In this document: one piece after another, positions 30,393-39,749 of the stretch
Position numbering within the stretch: position 1 is the first letter of the stretch
Layout: the number at the start of each line of letters is the position of its first letter
IMG/VR virus record: IMGVR_UViG_3300017761_006794
Span: 1-61,399 of that record
Length of the DNA: 61,399 nt
Source of the DNA: a virus
Taxonomy: Duplodnaviria; Caudoviricetes
Direction: 5' to 3' (one strand)
The notes under the pieces: generated by a model
Seen by the model: only the letters and a program-made list of their open reading frames with translations
Database searches by the model: none
What the model was told of the DNA's origin: nothing
Made by a program: the position numbers and the translations under genes

Positions 30393-31225
30393 GATGACCT
30401 CGCTGTCTTTATCAACTGATCTATCCCCGCCTCAAGAGTCATTGACGGTAAAAACCCAAGATTTGAGAGCTTTGTGACGTCAAGATACATGTTTTCGACC
30501 TGCACAATTTTGTGAAAGTCCGGAGGAGAAACATCGATGAACTTGCTCTTGGATCCGACCTTGTCCTTGACATAGTTTGCAACTTCGACAATCTTGGTTG
30601 GAACCCCTGTGCCAATATTAATCACAGCGTTCTTCTCTGATTCACGAGTGACAAGGTTAATTGCTCTACACACATCATCGACATGCATGAAATCTCTTAC
30701 ATTCTCCCCGCCGTTGTACAGGTTCACATTGTTGCCGTTGACTATCTCGTTCACAATGTATTGCATTGCATTTTTCTTCTTAGAGACTTTCTTGTCACCG
30801 ACACCGTAGACATTTGCAAGACGAAGAATCCTGTAATCTATCTTGTACGTCTCACAGTAAGAAACAAACAACATCTCTGCTGCTCTCTTTGTGATAGAGT
30901 AAAACCCTCTCGGGTCACAGTGCGAACTTTCACTTGCAGGTAACTCGTTTGTCTTTCCGTACACAAACCATGAACTCACAAAATTAAAGACTAGCCCCTC
31001 TTTGCCTCTACAAGACTCCAGAACCCTGACTAGGTGCGTAAGATTGGTCTCAATGTCAATGTACGGATCTTTGAAGATGTTGTAGTTGTCAACGGTGCTA
31101 ATCAAATACAGGACATCTTTGCTGGTAGGCTCAGTGCTTTCCCTAGCGATAGGAGTCACTTCATCACTGTACATGTCACAGTATCTGCTTCCAATGAAAC
31201 CAGTTCCACCATAAACTGACATCAT
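30389..31225 (-). CDS. NAD-dependent epimerase/dehydratase (extended SDR)
   Basis: GGTGFIG, SS, YSITK (YxxxK), RDFMHVDD. Confidence 0.88.
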   Translation of the reverse strand: MMSVYGGTGFIGSRYCDMYSDEVTPIARESTEPTSKDVLYLISTVDNYNIFKDPYIDIETNLTHLVRVLESCRGKEGLVFNFVSSWFVYGKTNELPASESSHCDPRGFYSITKRAAEMLFVSYCETYKIDYRILRLANVYGVGDKKVSKKKNAMQYIVNEIVNGNNVNLYNGGENVRDFMHVDDVCRAINLVTRESEKNAVINIGTGVPTKIVEVANYVKDKVGSKSKFIDVSPPDFHKIVQVENMYLDVTKLSNLGFLPSMTLEAGIDQLIKTARSS

Positions 31226-31992
31226 ACAGAAAGAACCTTCCTGTATTCGGTTTGACAGTTTAGAAGAAACCACTGTGAACGAGAAGCGCCTGCCCCAGCA
31301 AGTCTCTTTTGAACATTGTCGTATTCAACTCCATATCTGGAGTCTTTTGAGCGCATCCACCTGCTGCTGATATCGAGCCTGGGCTCTCCTACCTGGTTGT
31401 TGTACGTATCGTACGTTTCTTCTGGTATGACTTTGGCAATGTAGTCATTCATAATGTGCCACTTACGATGAAAGTGTGGTTCAGAAGCAGCGCAGGCTGC
31501 GTGACCATCCTTTCGAGGAGGTCTCCAAGAAAAGTCATAGTTGCTATGAATGGATTCGTAGACAGCAACATCTGCAATCTTCATGCGAAGCGTGTAATCA
31601 TCGTCCTCAAAGCCACCACCGAGAAATCTCTCGTCAAACCACCCGACTCTCCGGAACAACTCCTTGGTGACAGCCATGTAGGCAATCCCCCACATGCCGG
31701 CCATTGCAAAACCGGACTCAAGAAGTTCGAAAGACTTGACTGCTTCCTCAGCTGTTGGAACAACCCTGTCACTAACAAGGAGAATCCTCTCAGTGGGTGA
31801 AGTGACAATCGACTCATTAACCATCTGAGAGTAAGAGTCATATGTCCCAGGGTGTCTATCGATCCTGTTGTTCCAGTGAACGTTGTAGATCTCTTCAAGA
31901 GGCTTGAGCCTCTCGGTATGAAATCTCACTATGTTCTCTCGGCCCTCGCCGGCGTAAAGACAGATAGTGATATCTTTCTTGTCATCGATCAT
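31222..31992 (-). CDS. Glycosyltransferase family 2-like
   Basis: VGWFDERFLGGGFEDDDY motif. Confidence 0.75.
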   Translation of the reverse strand: MIDDKKDITICLYAGEGRENIVRFHTERLKPLEEIYNVHWNNRIDRHPGTYDSYSQMVNESIVTSPTERILLVSDRVVPTAEEAVKSFELLESGFAMAGMWGIAYMAVTKELFRRVGWFDERFLGGGFEDDDYTLRMKIADVAVYESIHSNYDFSWRPPRKDGHAACAASEPHFHRKWHIMNDYIAKVIPEETYDTYNNQVGEPRLDISSRWMRSKDSRYGVEYDNVQKRLAGAGASRSQWFLLNCQTEYRKVLSV

Positions 31993-32891
31993 TGAGTCTT
32001 CTCCAGAAGAGTCTTGAGAATTTCTAGTGCTCTTGCTTCAGTTGTCCCGTGCTTTAGTAACCACTCTCTTTGCGCAAAGAGCATCTCCATGTATTCTTTT
32101 GTAGGGATGCCGTTGACAACAAGCCTGTTGATTAGACTTTCAAGTTCTTCAGGGGTGGAGTAGCTAAAACAGGGAAGGTTCTGTGGTGCACAAAGCGGGG
32201 GCTTCTTGTCATAGTCTCTGAACAACAATAGAGAACCTGCCGCCATTATCTCATAGTGACGAAGTGAATCCCATCCGCCTTTCTTACAAGAGAGTCCAAA
32301 CCAAGAGTTTTGCATGTCTTCATAGTATTCTTTCTCCTGCCTCCAAGTGTATGGATAATGAAGACGAAGATGCCCTAACGTGGGTTGTCTAAAGATAGAC
32401 TCAGCGGGAGCGGTCGATTGTACTGCTTGGGTCTTCTTGAGAGCTATCGGTCTGATCTGATAATGAGGAATTCCGAAACCTGTGGGATAGACATTCTCTT
32501 CGGCGTTGAAGAGCTCTCTCTTGAAGCACGGCTTTTTCTTGATGTCCGACGTGTCATGTCCATCAACATACCAAACATGTTGACAGAGTTTGTTGATATC
32601 AGGGTAGTCTGAGACACCGTAGGCCTCGGTCACACCGTACAAGATCACGTCTATCTTGCTCATCAACCTTTCTGATTGATCAAGATCTTGCATTGGAACT
32701 GTGTAGAGTGTGAAACCCCTACCATGCATCTCGTCCCTAGTGGTCTCAGAGAAGTCTCCGTACATGACTTTTTTACGAGGGAAATCGACAACGCCAGACC
32801 CCAAAACGCTTCTCAACCCGTGAAGCACTACGTTCTCTTGATAGTCTCCCTGTGCTCTTGGGTTCTGGGTGGTGATATAGAGAATGTTCAT
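31989..32891 (-). CDS. Putative glycosyltransferase (GT-B)
   Basis: DGHD, CFKRE, KKGGWDSLRHYEIMAAG; inside the glycan island. Confidence 0.6.
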   Translation of the reverse strand: MNILYITTQNPRAQGDYQENVVLHGLRSVLGSGVVDFPRKKVMYGDFSETTRDEMHGRGFTLYTVPMQDLDQSERLMSKIDVILYGVTEAYGVSDYPDINKLCQHVWYVDGHDTSDIKKKPCFKRELFNAEENVYPTGFGIPHYQIRPIALKKTQAVQSTAPAESIFRQPTLGHLRLHYPYTWRQEKEYYEDMQNSWFGLSCKKGGWDSLRHYEIMAAGSLLLFRDYDKKPPLCAPQNLPCFSYSTPEELESLINRLVVNGIPTKEYMEMLFAQREWLLKHGTTEARALEILKTLLEKTQ

Positions 32892-32892
32892 T

Positions 32893-33705
32893 CTACTTCC
32901 TCAAAGAAAATTGTGTAGAACACCTGAGATGGGACGGCTCAAGAGTCACTAGTGATTGTAACCCCGCGAAGTAGCTCTCATCCCAGAGCCCACCTCCTGC
33001 AAAATGCCGGAAGACTGTTTCGTTTCTGTGAGTCGGTATCATGAAGTAGTCGTTGAAGCCCTCACCAGCAACATGAGTAACATTCCATTCAGTCGGAAGT
33101 ACTTCGACATTTTCAGAAAGTTCTTCCAGCGAGTACTTAGTCCAAGAAGAAACATCAGTTCGAAATCCGAAGTTGCCCAGCTCGTTGAAAGGAATCCAGC
33201 TGTGTTGAGTTATACCAGCCAAGAAATACCAGGCTGCTTGCTCCCTGAGATTGTTTCCTGGCGGTTCTTTTGACTTCACCTCCAAGAATCGGTATAAGTC
33301 CTCGTCAAGGATATTCTTAAGAAGATCTCTAGACCACTTGTTCACAGTGATAGTGTATGCTCCCATGCAGTGGGTGTTACATGAATCAATAGCATACCCA
33401 AAAGATTTATTGGTCTGAAACGGTTCAGAGATGTCAGCAACGCATATGTCGGCGTCAATGTGCGAAACTATGTCTCCATCAGAGATCTCACCAGAACTGA
33501 TCCAATCGTCAACTATCTTGAACTTAAGCCAAGTAGGATTGTCTCTAAAAAATTTCCCATTTTGTTCTTTAGGAAGCTTTCGAATCTCTCGATATTCGAA
33601 ACCATGCTTTTCAGCGTATTCCTTGTTTCTCGGAGACATCCATTTTTCAAAGAAATCTTGTCTACCATCGGGGTAGTCAGCGATCACAAAAAGAATTTTT
33701 TTCAT
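32893..33705 (-). CDS. Putative glycosyltransferase, GT34 (GMA12/MNN10)-like
   Basis: KEYAEKHGFEY, WLK, HIDAD (DxD), EQAA. Confidence 0.65.
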   Translation of the reverse strand: MKKILFVIADYPDGRQDFFEKWMSPRNKEYAEKHGFEYREIRKLPKEQNGKFFRDNPTWLKFKIVDDWISSGEISDGDIVSHIDADICVADISEPFQTNKSFGYAIDSCNTHCMGAYTITVNKWSRDLLKNILDEDLYRFLEVKSKEPPGNNLREQAAWYFLAGITQHSWIPFNELGNFGFRTDVSSWTKYSLEELSENVEVLPTEWNVTHVAGEGFNDYFMIPTHRNETVFRHFAGGGLWDESYFAGLQSLVTLEPSHLRCSTQFSLRK

Positions 33706-34577
33706 CGAACCCTCTTGGAAATGTGCCTGCAGCTTGCTTCTACGCTGAAGAAGTCTCCCCAGAGAGACCCTAGGGTCTCCTGCATTTGTCTAACTTGTTT
33801 CCCATTCATTGAAGTAAGCCTATCATACAGCGTATCAATCTCTTGTGAGTTGACAATCACGCTGAAATCACTCCAGTCAATCTCGTCGCTCCAAGGGAGA
33901 AGGTGTCTGTCAGAAACGTAGACAGGAACAGACCCAAGCTGGATGGACTCGTAGAGCCTATAGCTTGTTGAGCCATACCCTCTTGGGCACAGACTAAACA
34001 CCGAGTGAGACGCAAGATTTTTGAACAGTGCAGCTGAATCAGGATTCACTTTCTCCTGCCACTCGCTAGCGTTTATGATCACACCGGGTTTCCCGTAAAG
34101 AGAACTCAACAATCGGTGGCGGATCGGATGCGTAACCGATCCAACGAAAGAGCAGAAGACAGTTCTCACTGGGTCAGTGATACCATGGTGAGACCCACAG
34201 GTCAGTGGTACAGCAACGTCTATCTTCTTCGCGTTTCCACCAGCTGCAAAGACTAGAGTGTCCGGCGGTAGTCTCTCTGCGGGTGCATCATCATGAGTGC
34301 ACACCACGAAGTAACTTCCACACTTATCTAGTGAGTCGAGGTATTCTTGCAACTTGACTCTCAAGTCCCTGTTGGGACTCTCACTTCCCAGTCCTTCTTT
34401 CACCCTGTGATTGTAGACTGCAGTCCAGTGAACGGGGATGAGCTTTCTTTGTCCAGAACCATTTTCGCGCCAGAACTTGACAAACGCTTCTTCAAGATGG
34501 TCGCCAGTATGATGTGGAGGATAACAAGGGTCAACTCTGTCCAGCAAGAAATCCGGCACCTCACGTGTCATGCTCAC
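33702..34577 (-). CDS. Exostosin-family (GT47-like) glycosyltransferase
   Basis: SFVGS..HPIR, SVFSLCPRGYG, RLYESIQLGSVPVYVSD, LPWSDEIDW. Confidence 0.8.
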   Translation of the reverse strand: MSMTREVPDFLLDRVDPCYPPHHTGDHLEEAFVKFWRENGSGQRKLIPVHWTAVYNHRVKEGLGSESPNRDLRVKLQEYLDSLDKCGSYFVVCTHDDAPAERLPPDTLVFAAGGNAKKIDVAVPLTCGSHHGITDPVRTVFCSFVGSVTHPIRHRLLSSLYGKPGVIINASEWQEKVNPDSAALFKNLASHSVFSLCPRGYGSTSYRLYESIQLGSVPVYVSDRHLLPWSDEIDWSDFSVIVNSQEIDTLYDRLTSMNGKQVRQMQETLGSLWGDFFSVEASCRHISKRVR

Positions 34578-35392
34578 TGTCCACCTTCCATCATCGAGAG
34601 AATCTCTGAATATGAGCGGTTGTCACACTGTTTCATTAGAGACTTTAGCCTATCAACAAGAAATTGTCCATAGTTCGTGTAGTCAAGGTTCTTTAAGGTG
34701 TGGACATGGAAGCAGACAGCAGGAAGTCCTCCAAAGGTTATCTGCTTTCCGTCATGACCAAGGAGGTCTAGTCTCCCTCTGGTATGAGGTTCATTGAACC
34801 TCCACCACCCAATGTTGTAATTGATGGGCAGGTTCACGGTGAGGTGTGGGTATGAACTGAACTGTAGGGGCTGCTGTTCATAATACAGGCCAAGTTCTTT
34901 GTGACGCCAAGACATATGAGCATGGTTCTTCAGATATGAGAGACTTCTCATTGAGAAGAACCCGACGTTAAAGTGACCGACTTGGGTCTCAAGAATCAAG
35001 TTGTTTGTCATGTGAGGACTCAAGACTGCGTCAACGCTAGGGTCTCTCATGAGAGCAAGAACTCGATCCTCTATCGGTCCGGTGAAGAAGATATCAGAGT
35101 CTATGAAAAGACCCCAGCCGTTCTCTTCGATTGCAGACTGGAGTGCGTCAAACTTGGTCATCACAAGCTCGAGGAAAAGCCTGTTTTTCACCGGGTCGTC
35201 TGTGCCATGACTACACTCATCAGTCTTCACCAAAAGCAGAGACTTGACGTTCTCAATCTCCTTGAGAATTGTGTGCGCGTACTCGTCTGTTGAAACGTAC
35301 CACATGACATCGTGATAGTTCTCAAGGGACTTCTTGAGAATCATGAACTCAGAAAGAGACTTCTTGGTGACAACGGAAGCTGCTGGTATCAA
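34574..35392 (-). CDS. Putative GT-A glycosyltransferase
   Basis: FIDSDIFF (DxD), LSPH, FNVGF, EQ, NIGWW. Confidence 0.65.
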   Translation of the reverse strand: MIPAASVVTKKSLSEFMILKKSLENYHDVMWYVSTDEYAHTILKEIENVKSLLLVKTDECSHGTDDPVKNRLFLELVMTKFDALQSAIEENGWGLFIDSDIFFTGPIEDRVLALMRDPSVDAVLSPHMTNNLILETQVGHFNVGFFSMRSLSYLKNHAHMSWRHKELGLYYEQQPLQFSSYPHLTVNLPINYNIGWWRFNEPHTRGRLDLLGHDGKQITFGGLPAVCFHVHTLKNLDYTNYGQFLVDRLKSLMKQCDNRSYSEILSMMEGGQ

Positions 35393-36309
35393 GACAGCAC
35401 CTGCACGTATTTGTCATCCCTTCTTTCAAGCTTGAACCTCTTCTTGAATCGAGATCTCTTGATAAGTTCCCAATCAGCCTCTTTCTCATCGCCTGTAAGG
35501 CTCGAAATTTTACAGACTCCCGGCACTCCAGCGTCATACTCGTATCCGTCTCTTGAAGCGCGATAGTTCAGCATATGAAAGCCGTGAGATCTCTCACCGT
35601 CTTGACCTTTCTTACCCATCTGGTTCTTGGGCAACCATGGATAGATGCACGCTCCAAAAGGGTACATTGGATCTGGTCCAATCTGTAAGTCACTCCCCGT
35701 CCAGATTGCGGAGAAAGTCCAGTCTCCGCCGTTGTTGTAGAGCCTTCTTTGCACAATCCCCTTCATCTTGGTCCCGTCTGCATGGCAACCAAGAAGAACA
35801 TGTTCGTCATCAATCACTGATGTGACATTAAAGAAATCGCAGTCAGTGAATGGATCAGACCACCTTGAAATGCGATCATAGACTCTCCACCTCACGTTCT
35901 CTTCAAGTATGACATCGTCCTCAAGAGAAACAAAGATGGAGTTTGGAAAATTCTGCTTGACAACCTGATAGGACTTCCACTGGGCTTTGGCGTGAGTCTT
36001 TGCACCAGGACGTGGAATGTGATGGTCACCTTCTCTCTTTTCGTTTGCGTTGTCATCCCAGGGATTGATCTCTCCAACTTCGACAACAGCAACGTTCTTG
36101 ATTTGATAGTCTTCAATACACTTTCTGATCTCTTCAAGAGTTCCGTCAGTGGAACCATCATCAGTGATAATCACAAAATCAAATTGTTTGTATGCCTGTT
36201 TGAGGGCCGCGTAGACAGTCAACTCACCGTTGAATGTCTTGAGACCACATACAAGTGGAAACTTTCTGCAGAGATCGTTCCAATGCCTGACCACTTCTTC
36301 TCGGGTCAT
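35389..36309 (-). CDS. Glycosyltransferase family 2
   Basis: TFN, DDGSTDGT, LEDD. Confidence 0.75.
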   Translation of the reverse strand: MTREEVVRHWNDLCRKFPLVCGLKTFNGELTVYAALKQAYKQFDFVIITDDGSTDGTLEEIRKCIEDYQIKNVAVVEVGEINPWDDNANEKREGDHHIPRPGAKTHAKAQWKSYQVVKQNFPNSIFVSLEDDVILEENVRWRVYDRISRWSDPFTDCDFFNVTSVIDDEHVLLGCHADGTKMKGIVQRRLYNNGGDWTFSAIWTGSDLQIGPDPMYPFGACIYPWLPKNQMGKKGQDGERSHGFHMLNYRASRDGYEYDAGVPGVCKISSLTGDEKEADWELIKRSRFKKRFKLERRDDKYVQVLS

Positions 36310-37163
36310 TACCACACTCCTATTGCAGACATTCTAGCATGAAGTGAACCCTGGGTAAACGAGAGGACACTGTCGGTAGAAGTTGAACCCAGCCTGTGAA
36401 CGCTTCTTTTCAAGTCTTCGAAATCTCTGAAGAATATGACGCCGGGGTTCTCTTTCAGCATTGACTCATGGCGCCTGTATTCACCCATGGTGTGTTGCAG
36501 GAGAATTCGACCAGAGTACAGGGACTCGTATGCCCTAGTGTTGAGACCTCTCAGTATCCCCACAGGGTTGAGAATGTTCCTGTGAGACATGAGATTGGAG
36601 AGATATCCGTCCCAACCAAGATCACGAGAAACATTTGAGATGACAAGCTTCTTGCCAAGCTCAGGATCCGCAGATATTGCCTGAAGAAGCTCATTCCTCA
36701 TCTGATATTCAGGTTTCCCAGCCTGTCCACTAAAAAGAAGTTTATCTGATTCGGGGAGGAGAGTCCTCTCATGGTAGAACCTTGACGAGGCCCACTGGGG
36801 GAGCCAGTCAAGACCATACTTGTCACAGTCGTCCTCATCACAAGCAAGCACTCTCTTACAGAAAGTCGAAGCAAGACCGAGAGAGTAGTGACTTTTCTGC
36901 TGCCAGGCTGGGACTATTGCGTCGATCCTCTCGAAACACCAGACCCAGTGTTCCCATTTGTCCTTGCGAGACTGCCACTTCTTGAGCTTCTCTTCGCTGT
37001 CCCAAAGGAAAAAGAGGAAGTCATGACCGATGAAAAGGAGATCGTCTTCAGTCTCAAAAACATGTTCGTATGAGCTTTCAGACACAATGACTACGTCAGT
37101 GACGCCGTAGTCTAGAATCGAAGAAGAAGTACCGCACCCGTAGTCCTGTGTGACAAGTTTCAT
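36309..37163 (-). CDS. Putative glycosyltransferase (Glyco_trans_1_2/CgeB-like)
   Basis: LFSG, LNTRAYESLYSG pattern; inside the glycan island. Confidence 0.55.
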   Translation of the reverse strand: MKLVTQDYGCGTSSSILDYGVTDVVIVSESSYEHVFETEDDLLFIGHDFLFFLWDSEEKLKKWQSRKDKWEHWVWCFERIDAIVPAWQQKSHYSLGLASTFCKRVLACDEDDCDKYGLDWLPQWASSRFYHERTLLPESDKLLFSGQAGKPEYQMRNELLQAISADPELGKKLVISNVSRDLGWDGYLSNLMSHRNILNPVGILRGLNTRAYESLYSGRILLQHTMGEYRRHESMLKENPGVIFFRDFEDLKRSVHRLGSTSTDSVLSFTQGSLHARMSAIGVW

Positions 37164-37164
37164 T

Positions 37165-37851
37165 CTACCATTCCGGTGGCCACCAGTGATATTCCACGCC
37201 CATAGAAATCAGAGCTTTCATGCTGTCTAAGTATTTTCTCTCGAATTCTCTGTGTCTCTCTGGGTAGAATGCGTCATGCCACTCAACAAAGAAACCCTTT
37301 AGACACGGGGGGATTTCGGAGTTGAACAACCTTGGAAGTATGACATACTCTCCGCCTTCAGTGTCAATCTTCATGAAGACTTCACCCTTCAGGCCTGCAA
37401 GCAACTCGAGTATGTCTATGGTTTGTATAGAGACCGGGTCTTCTAAAATGAGTCTCTCGAAGTCTGGTTCGTAGGGGTTCTTCTTGTCAGGTAGCAAAGT
37501 TGACCCATAGTCTGAAGCTCTTCCTTCACTTCGGTAGAAAGTGTTTTCACCAGTGCTGTCCCAAACTCCTGCACAGATCACAGTGACAGAAGAAGCAGTG
37601 TGTGACGCTTTCTCAGCCGCAGCGCACAAATCGTCAAAGTGGTGGGGGTCAGGCTCCAGAAGGAACATGTGACATCCCTTGAATGAGGAAACGCTACAAA
37701 TCCTTCTATCTTCCCTGACTCCCAGATTCTCATCAAAGAAGTGACCTCTCAAAAGCTCTGCTTTTCTAGCTCCGATGTCAATAAAAACCAAACCGCTTCT
37801 CTCAAGAGTCGGTTCTACTGACACCCCCCTCTCATAACACTTGATTTTCAT
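37165..37851 (-). CDS. FkbM-family methyltransferase
   Basis: FIDIGA, EPDP, KIDTEGGE, VEWH. Confidence 0.85.
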   Translation of the reverse strand: MKIKCYERGVSVEPTLERSGLVFIDIGARKAELLRGHFFDENLGVREDRRICSVSSFKGCHMFLLEPDPHHFDDLCAAAEKASHTASSVTVICAGVWDSTGENTFYRSEGRASDYGSTLLPDKKNPYEPDFERLILEDPVSIQTIDILELLAGLKGEVFMKIDTEGGEYVILPRLFNSEIPPCLKGFFVEWHDAFYPERHREFERKYLDSMKALISMGVEYHWWPPEW

Positions 37852-37852
37852 T

Positions 37853-39694
37853 TTATTCCTCAACACTCAGATGCGGAGTCCTACGGTTCCAGTCGATCTT
37901 CTCGTGAAAGATGTGACCACCAGTCTCTTCAGCTAGCCTCTTTGCAAGACTCGAGATTTCCTCGTCAGTGACCTCACTCCACGGCTTGTCAAAGAACATG
38001 TTGTTCTCTGTGGTGTCCTCCTGTCGGATATCGTAGAGGCTCTCCCAGTGCTTCTGCCAGTATCCTCGATATGTCTTGATCTTCCGTTCTATGTCGAGCC
38101 ACGAGTAGTGACGTATCGAGGGCAGGTTGTTGATGGTCTCACCGAACCACTTCACATAGTCTCTTCCTGCGTCGCGGTCTCCCCCAAGCGCAGACATCCG
38201 CATGTGGTGGTGCACCTCAGCGTAGAAAGTCGCATGCGGAATATACTGACCGGTCTTTACGTGGACATAGTCACAACCGTCAGTCCCGGGCATGGAGTAC
38301 ATCTTCCCGGCCAAGTCGTAGCGTCGCAGGTGACCAGGAATGCCGTGTGTGATGTGACCTCTGTTCCTGGAGAGTCGCCACTTCCATGGGTTCACGTCAA
38401 TGCGAGCCTTCTGCTTCGACCCCCAGTACTCGACAACCGGCAGGGCAATGAGATCAACCTCAGGCGACATCCTCTTGCAGAGCTCGGTGACCTTCGGCCA
38501 GTCGACCTCGAGGAGGACCTCGTCAGCGTCCATCTGCCAGCAGAACTCTTTAGTGCAGAGCTTTCGAGCCTCTGCTTTCATTGCTCCGTCAAAGACCGCA
38601 AACCTGCTGTCATTCCAGTCCCAGTGGACCTGCTTCGTCACAAGCTTCTCGTTCTCAGAGGCGAGCTGCTGGATCCTCTCCCAGGTGCCGTCAGTCGAAT
38701 CACCGTCGAGGACCACAACCTCATCACAGAAACCGAGAAGAGACTCGATAGACTTCTCCCAGGGATAACCCTGGGAGACGCAGTTACGAGTGGTGACGTA
38801 ACCGCTGATAGTGGGCACCCAACTCATTGCTTTCTGAACTCCATTCCAGAATGTCTCTCTTGCGGCGTAGAGGTACGACTCAGTCTCAAGCGTGTCTGGG
38901 GTGTTGAACCAGATCTCGTTCCCGTGCTCCACGTTGTCATTAAGCTGAAGTTCGCAGCCGAGAAGCTTCGCCTCGATGACCATCCGAGGACAGGTGTCAC
39001 CTCCCTTGGGAAGGTAGACAAACCCCTCCGCATGGGCCATCTCGTAGAGAACCTCACTCGGCTTCAGACCGGAGAGGACCTTGTACTTCTTCCCGTTGTC
39101 CTCGCACCACTTTACTGCGTCATCGGTACCCTTGATCCAGGAGCTGGATCCAAGGACAAGCCATCCTTCGCGCTTGCGGTCCTCTCCTCCCTCTCGAAGT
39201 GCTCTCAGCTCGATCCAGAACTCCTCTGAGAAGACCGATGAGAGAACGCTCTGGTTCCGTTCCTGGAGATCAGGATATCGCTCCAGGTACCTCTGCTGCT
39301 GCTTCTCTGACATCCACCAGAGAGAGCGTGCTCCGTAGTAGAAAGCACCGACAAGTCGACCCCAGGGCTCGTCCTGGCAGCTACATGGGGTCTTCTCTGC
39401 AAGAGAGTGCTTCTCAGGTGAGCGGTAACGACAGAACTTGTAGTCGTACTCCAGCACAGAGTAGGACATGTTTGCAATGATTGTCGGAATCAGATTGCGG
39501 TCAAGCCCAGCCCAGTTGCCGAAGATCCAGTGCAGTCCGTGGTACTGCTGCAGGAGCTCGACTGTGACCTGCCCAGAGCGCAGCTTAATTAAATTAAACG
39601 GTGACGAGTCGATCAGAGCCTGGGTCGTCAGCTCCGCTCCACCGACTAGATCCTCTTGGAAGAAGTCAGCTACTATGACAAGATTCTGTCTCAA
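37853..39694 (-). CDS. Bifunctional glycosyltransferase (N-terminal GT4-like + C-terminal GT2)
   Basis: N-terminal GGAE, KG, DTCPRMVIEAKLLGC; C-terminal DGDSTDGT, QMDADE. Confidence 0.85.
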   Translation of the reverse strand: MRQNLVIVADFFQEDLVGGAELTTQALIDSSPFNLIKLRSGQVTVELLQQYHGLHWIFGNWAGLDRNLIPTIIANMSYSVLEYDYKFCRYRSPEKHSLAEKTPCSCQDEPWGRLVGAFYYGARSLWWMSEKQQQRYLERYPDLQERNQSVLSSVFSEEFWIELRALREGGEDRKREGWLVLGSSSWIKGTDDAVKWCEDNGKKYKVLSGLKPSEVLYEMAHAEGFVYLPKGGDTCPRMVIEAKLLGCELQLNDNVEHGNEIWFNTPDTLETESYLYAARETFWNGVQKAMSWVPTISGYVTTRNCVSQGYPWEKSIESLLGFCDEVVVLDGDSTDGTWERIQQLASENEKLVTKQVHWDWNDSRFAVFDGAMKAEARKLCTKEFCWQMDADEVLLEVDWPKVTELCKRMSPEVDLIALPVVEYWGSKQKARIDVNPWKWRLSRNRGHITHGIPGHLRRYDLAGKMYSMPGTDGCDYVHVKTGQYIPHATFYAEVHHHMRMSALGGDRDAGRDYVKWFGETINNLPSIRHYSWLDIERKIKTYRGYWQKHWESLYDIRQEDTTENNMFFDKPWSEVTDEEISSLAKRLAEETGGHIFHEKIDWNRRTPHLSVEE

Positions 39695-39702
39695 TGTACC
39701 AG

Positions 39703-39728
39703 TCCCTAATTGAGTTTTAAATTAGGGA
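39703..39728 (-). promoter_or_regulatory. Intergenic hairpin (9 bp) covering the AGGGA RBS of the first glycan-island gene
   Basis: TCCCTAATT-N8-AATTAGGGA between the fibre gene and the GT fusion; overlaps a candidate CTATAC-N17-TAATTT promoter. Confidence 0.45.
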
Positions 39729-39749
39729 TCGGACTTGAGTTGTATAGTT

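Noticed and set aside
38048-39229. Long plus-strand ORFs (393 aa here; also 18584..19315, 40717..41463, 51742..52527, 56469..57314)
   Set aside because: Antisense shadows of well-supported minus-strand genes, with no recognisable motifs.
15289-39694. Ordinary bacterial O-antigen/capsule locus
   Set aside because: No flippase, polymerase, ABC exporter, chain-length regulator or initiating transferase; flanked by virion genes.
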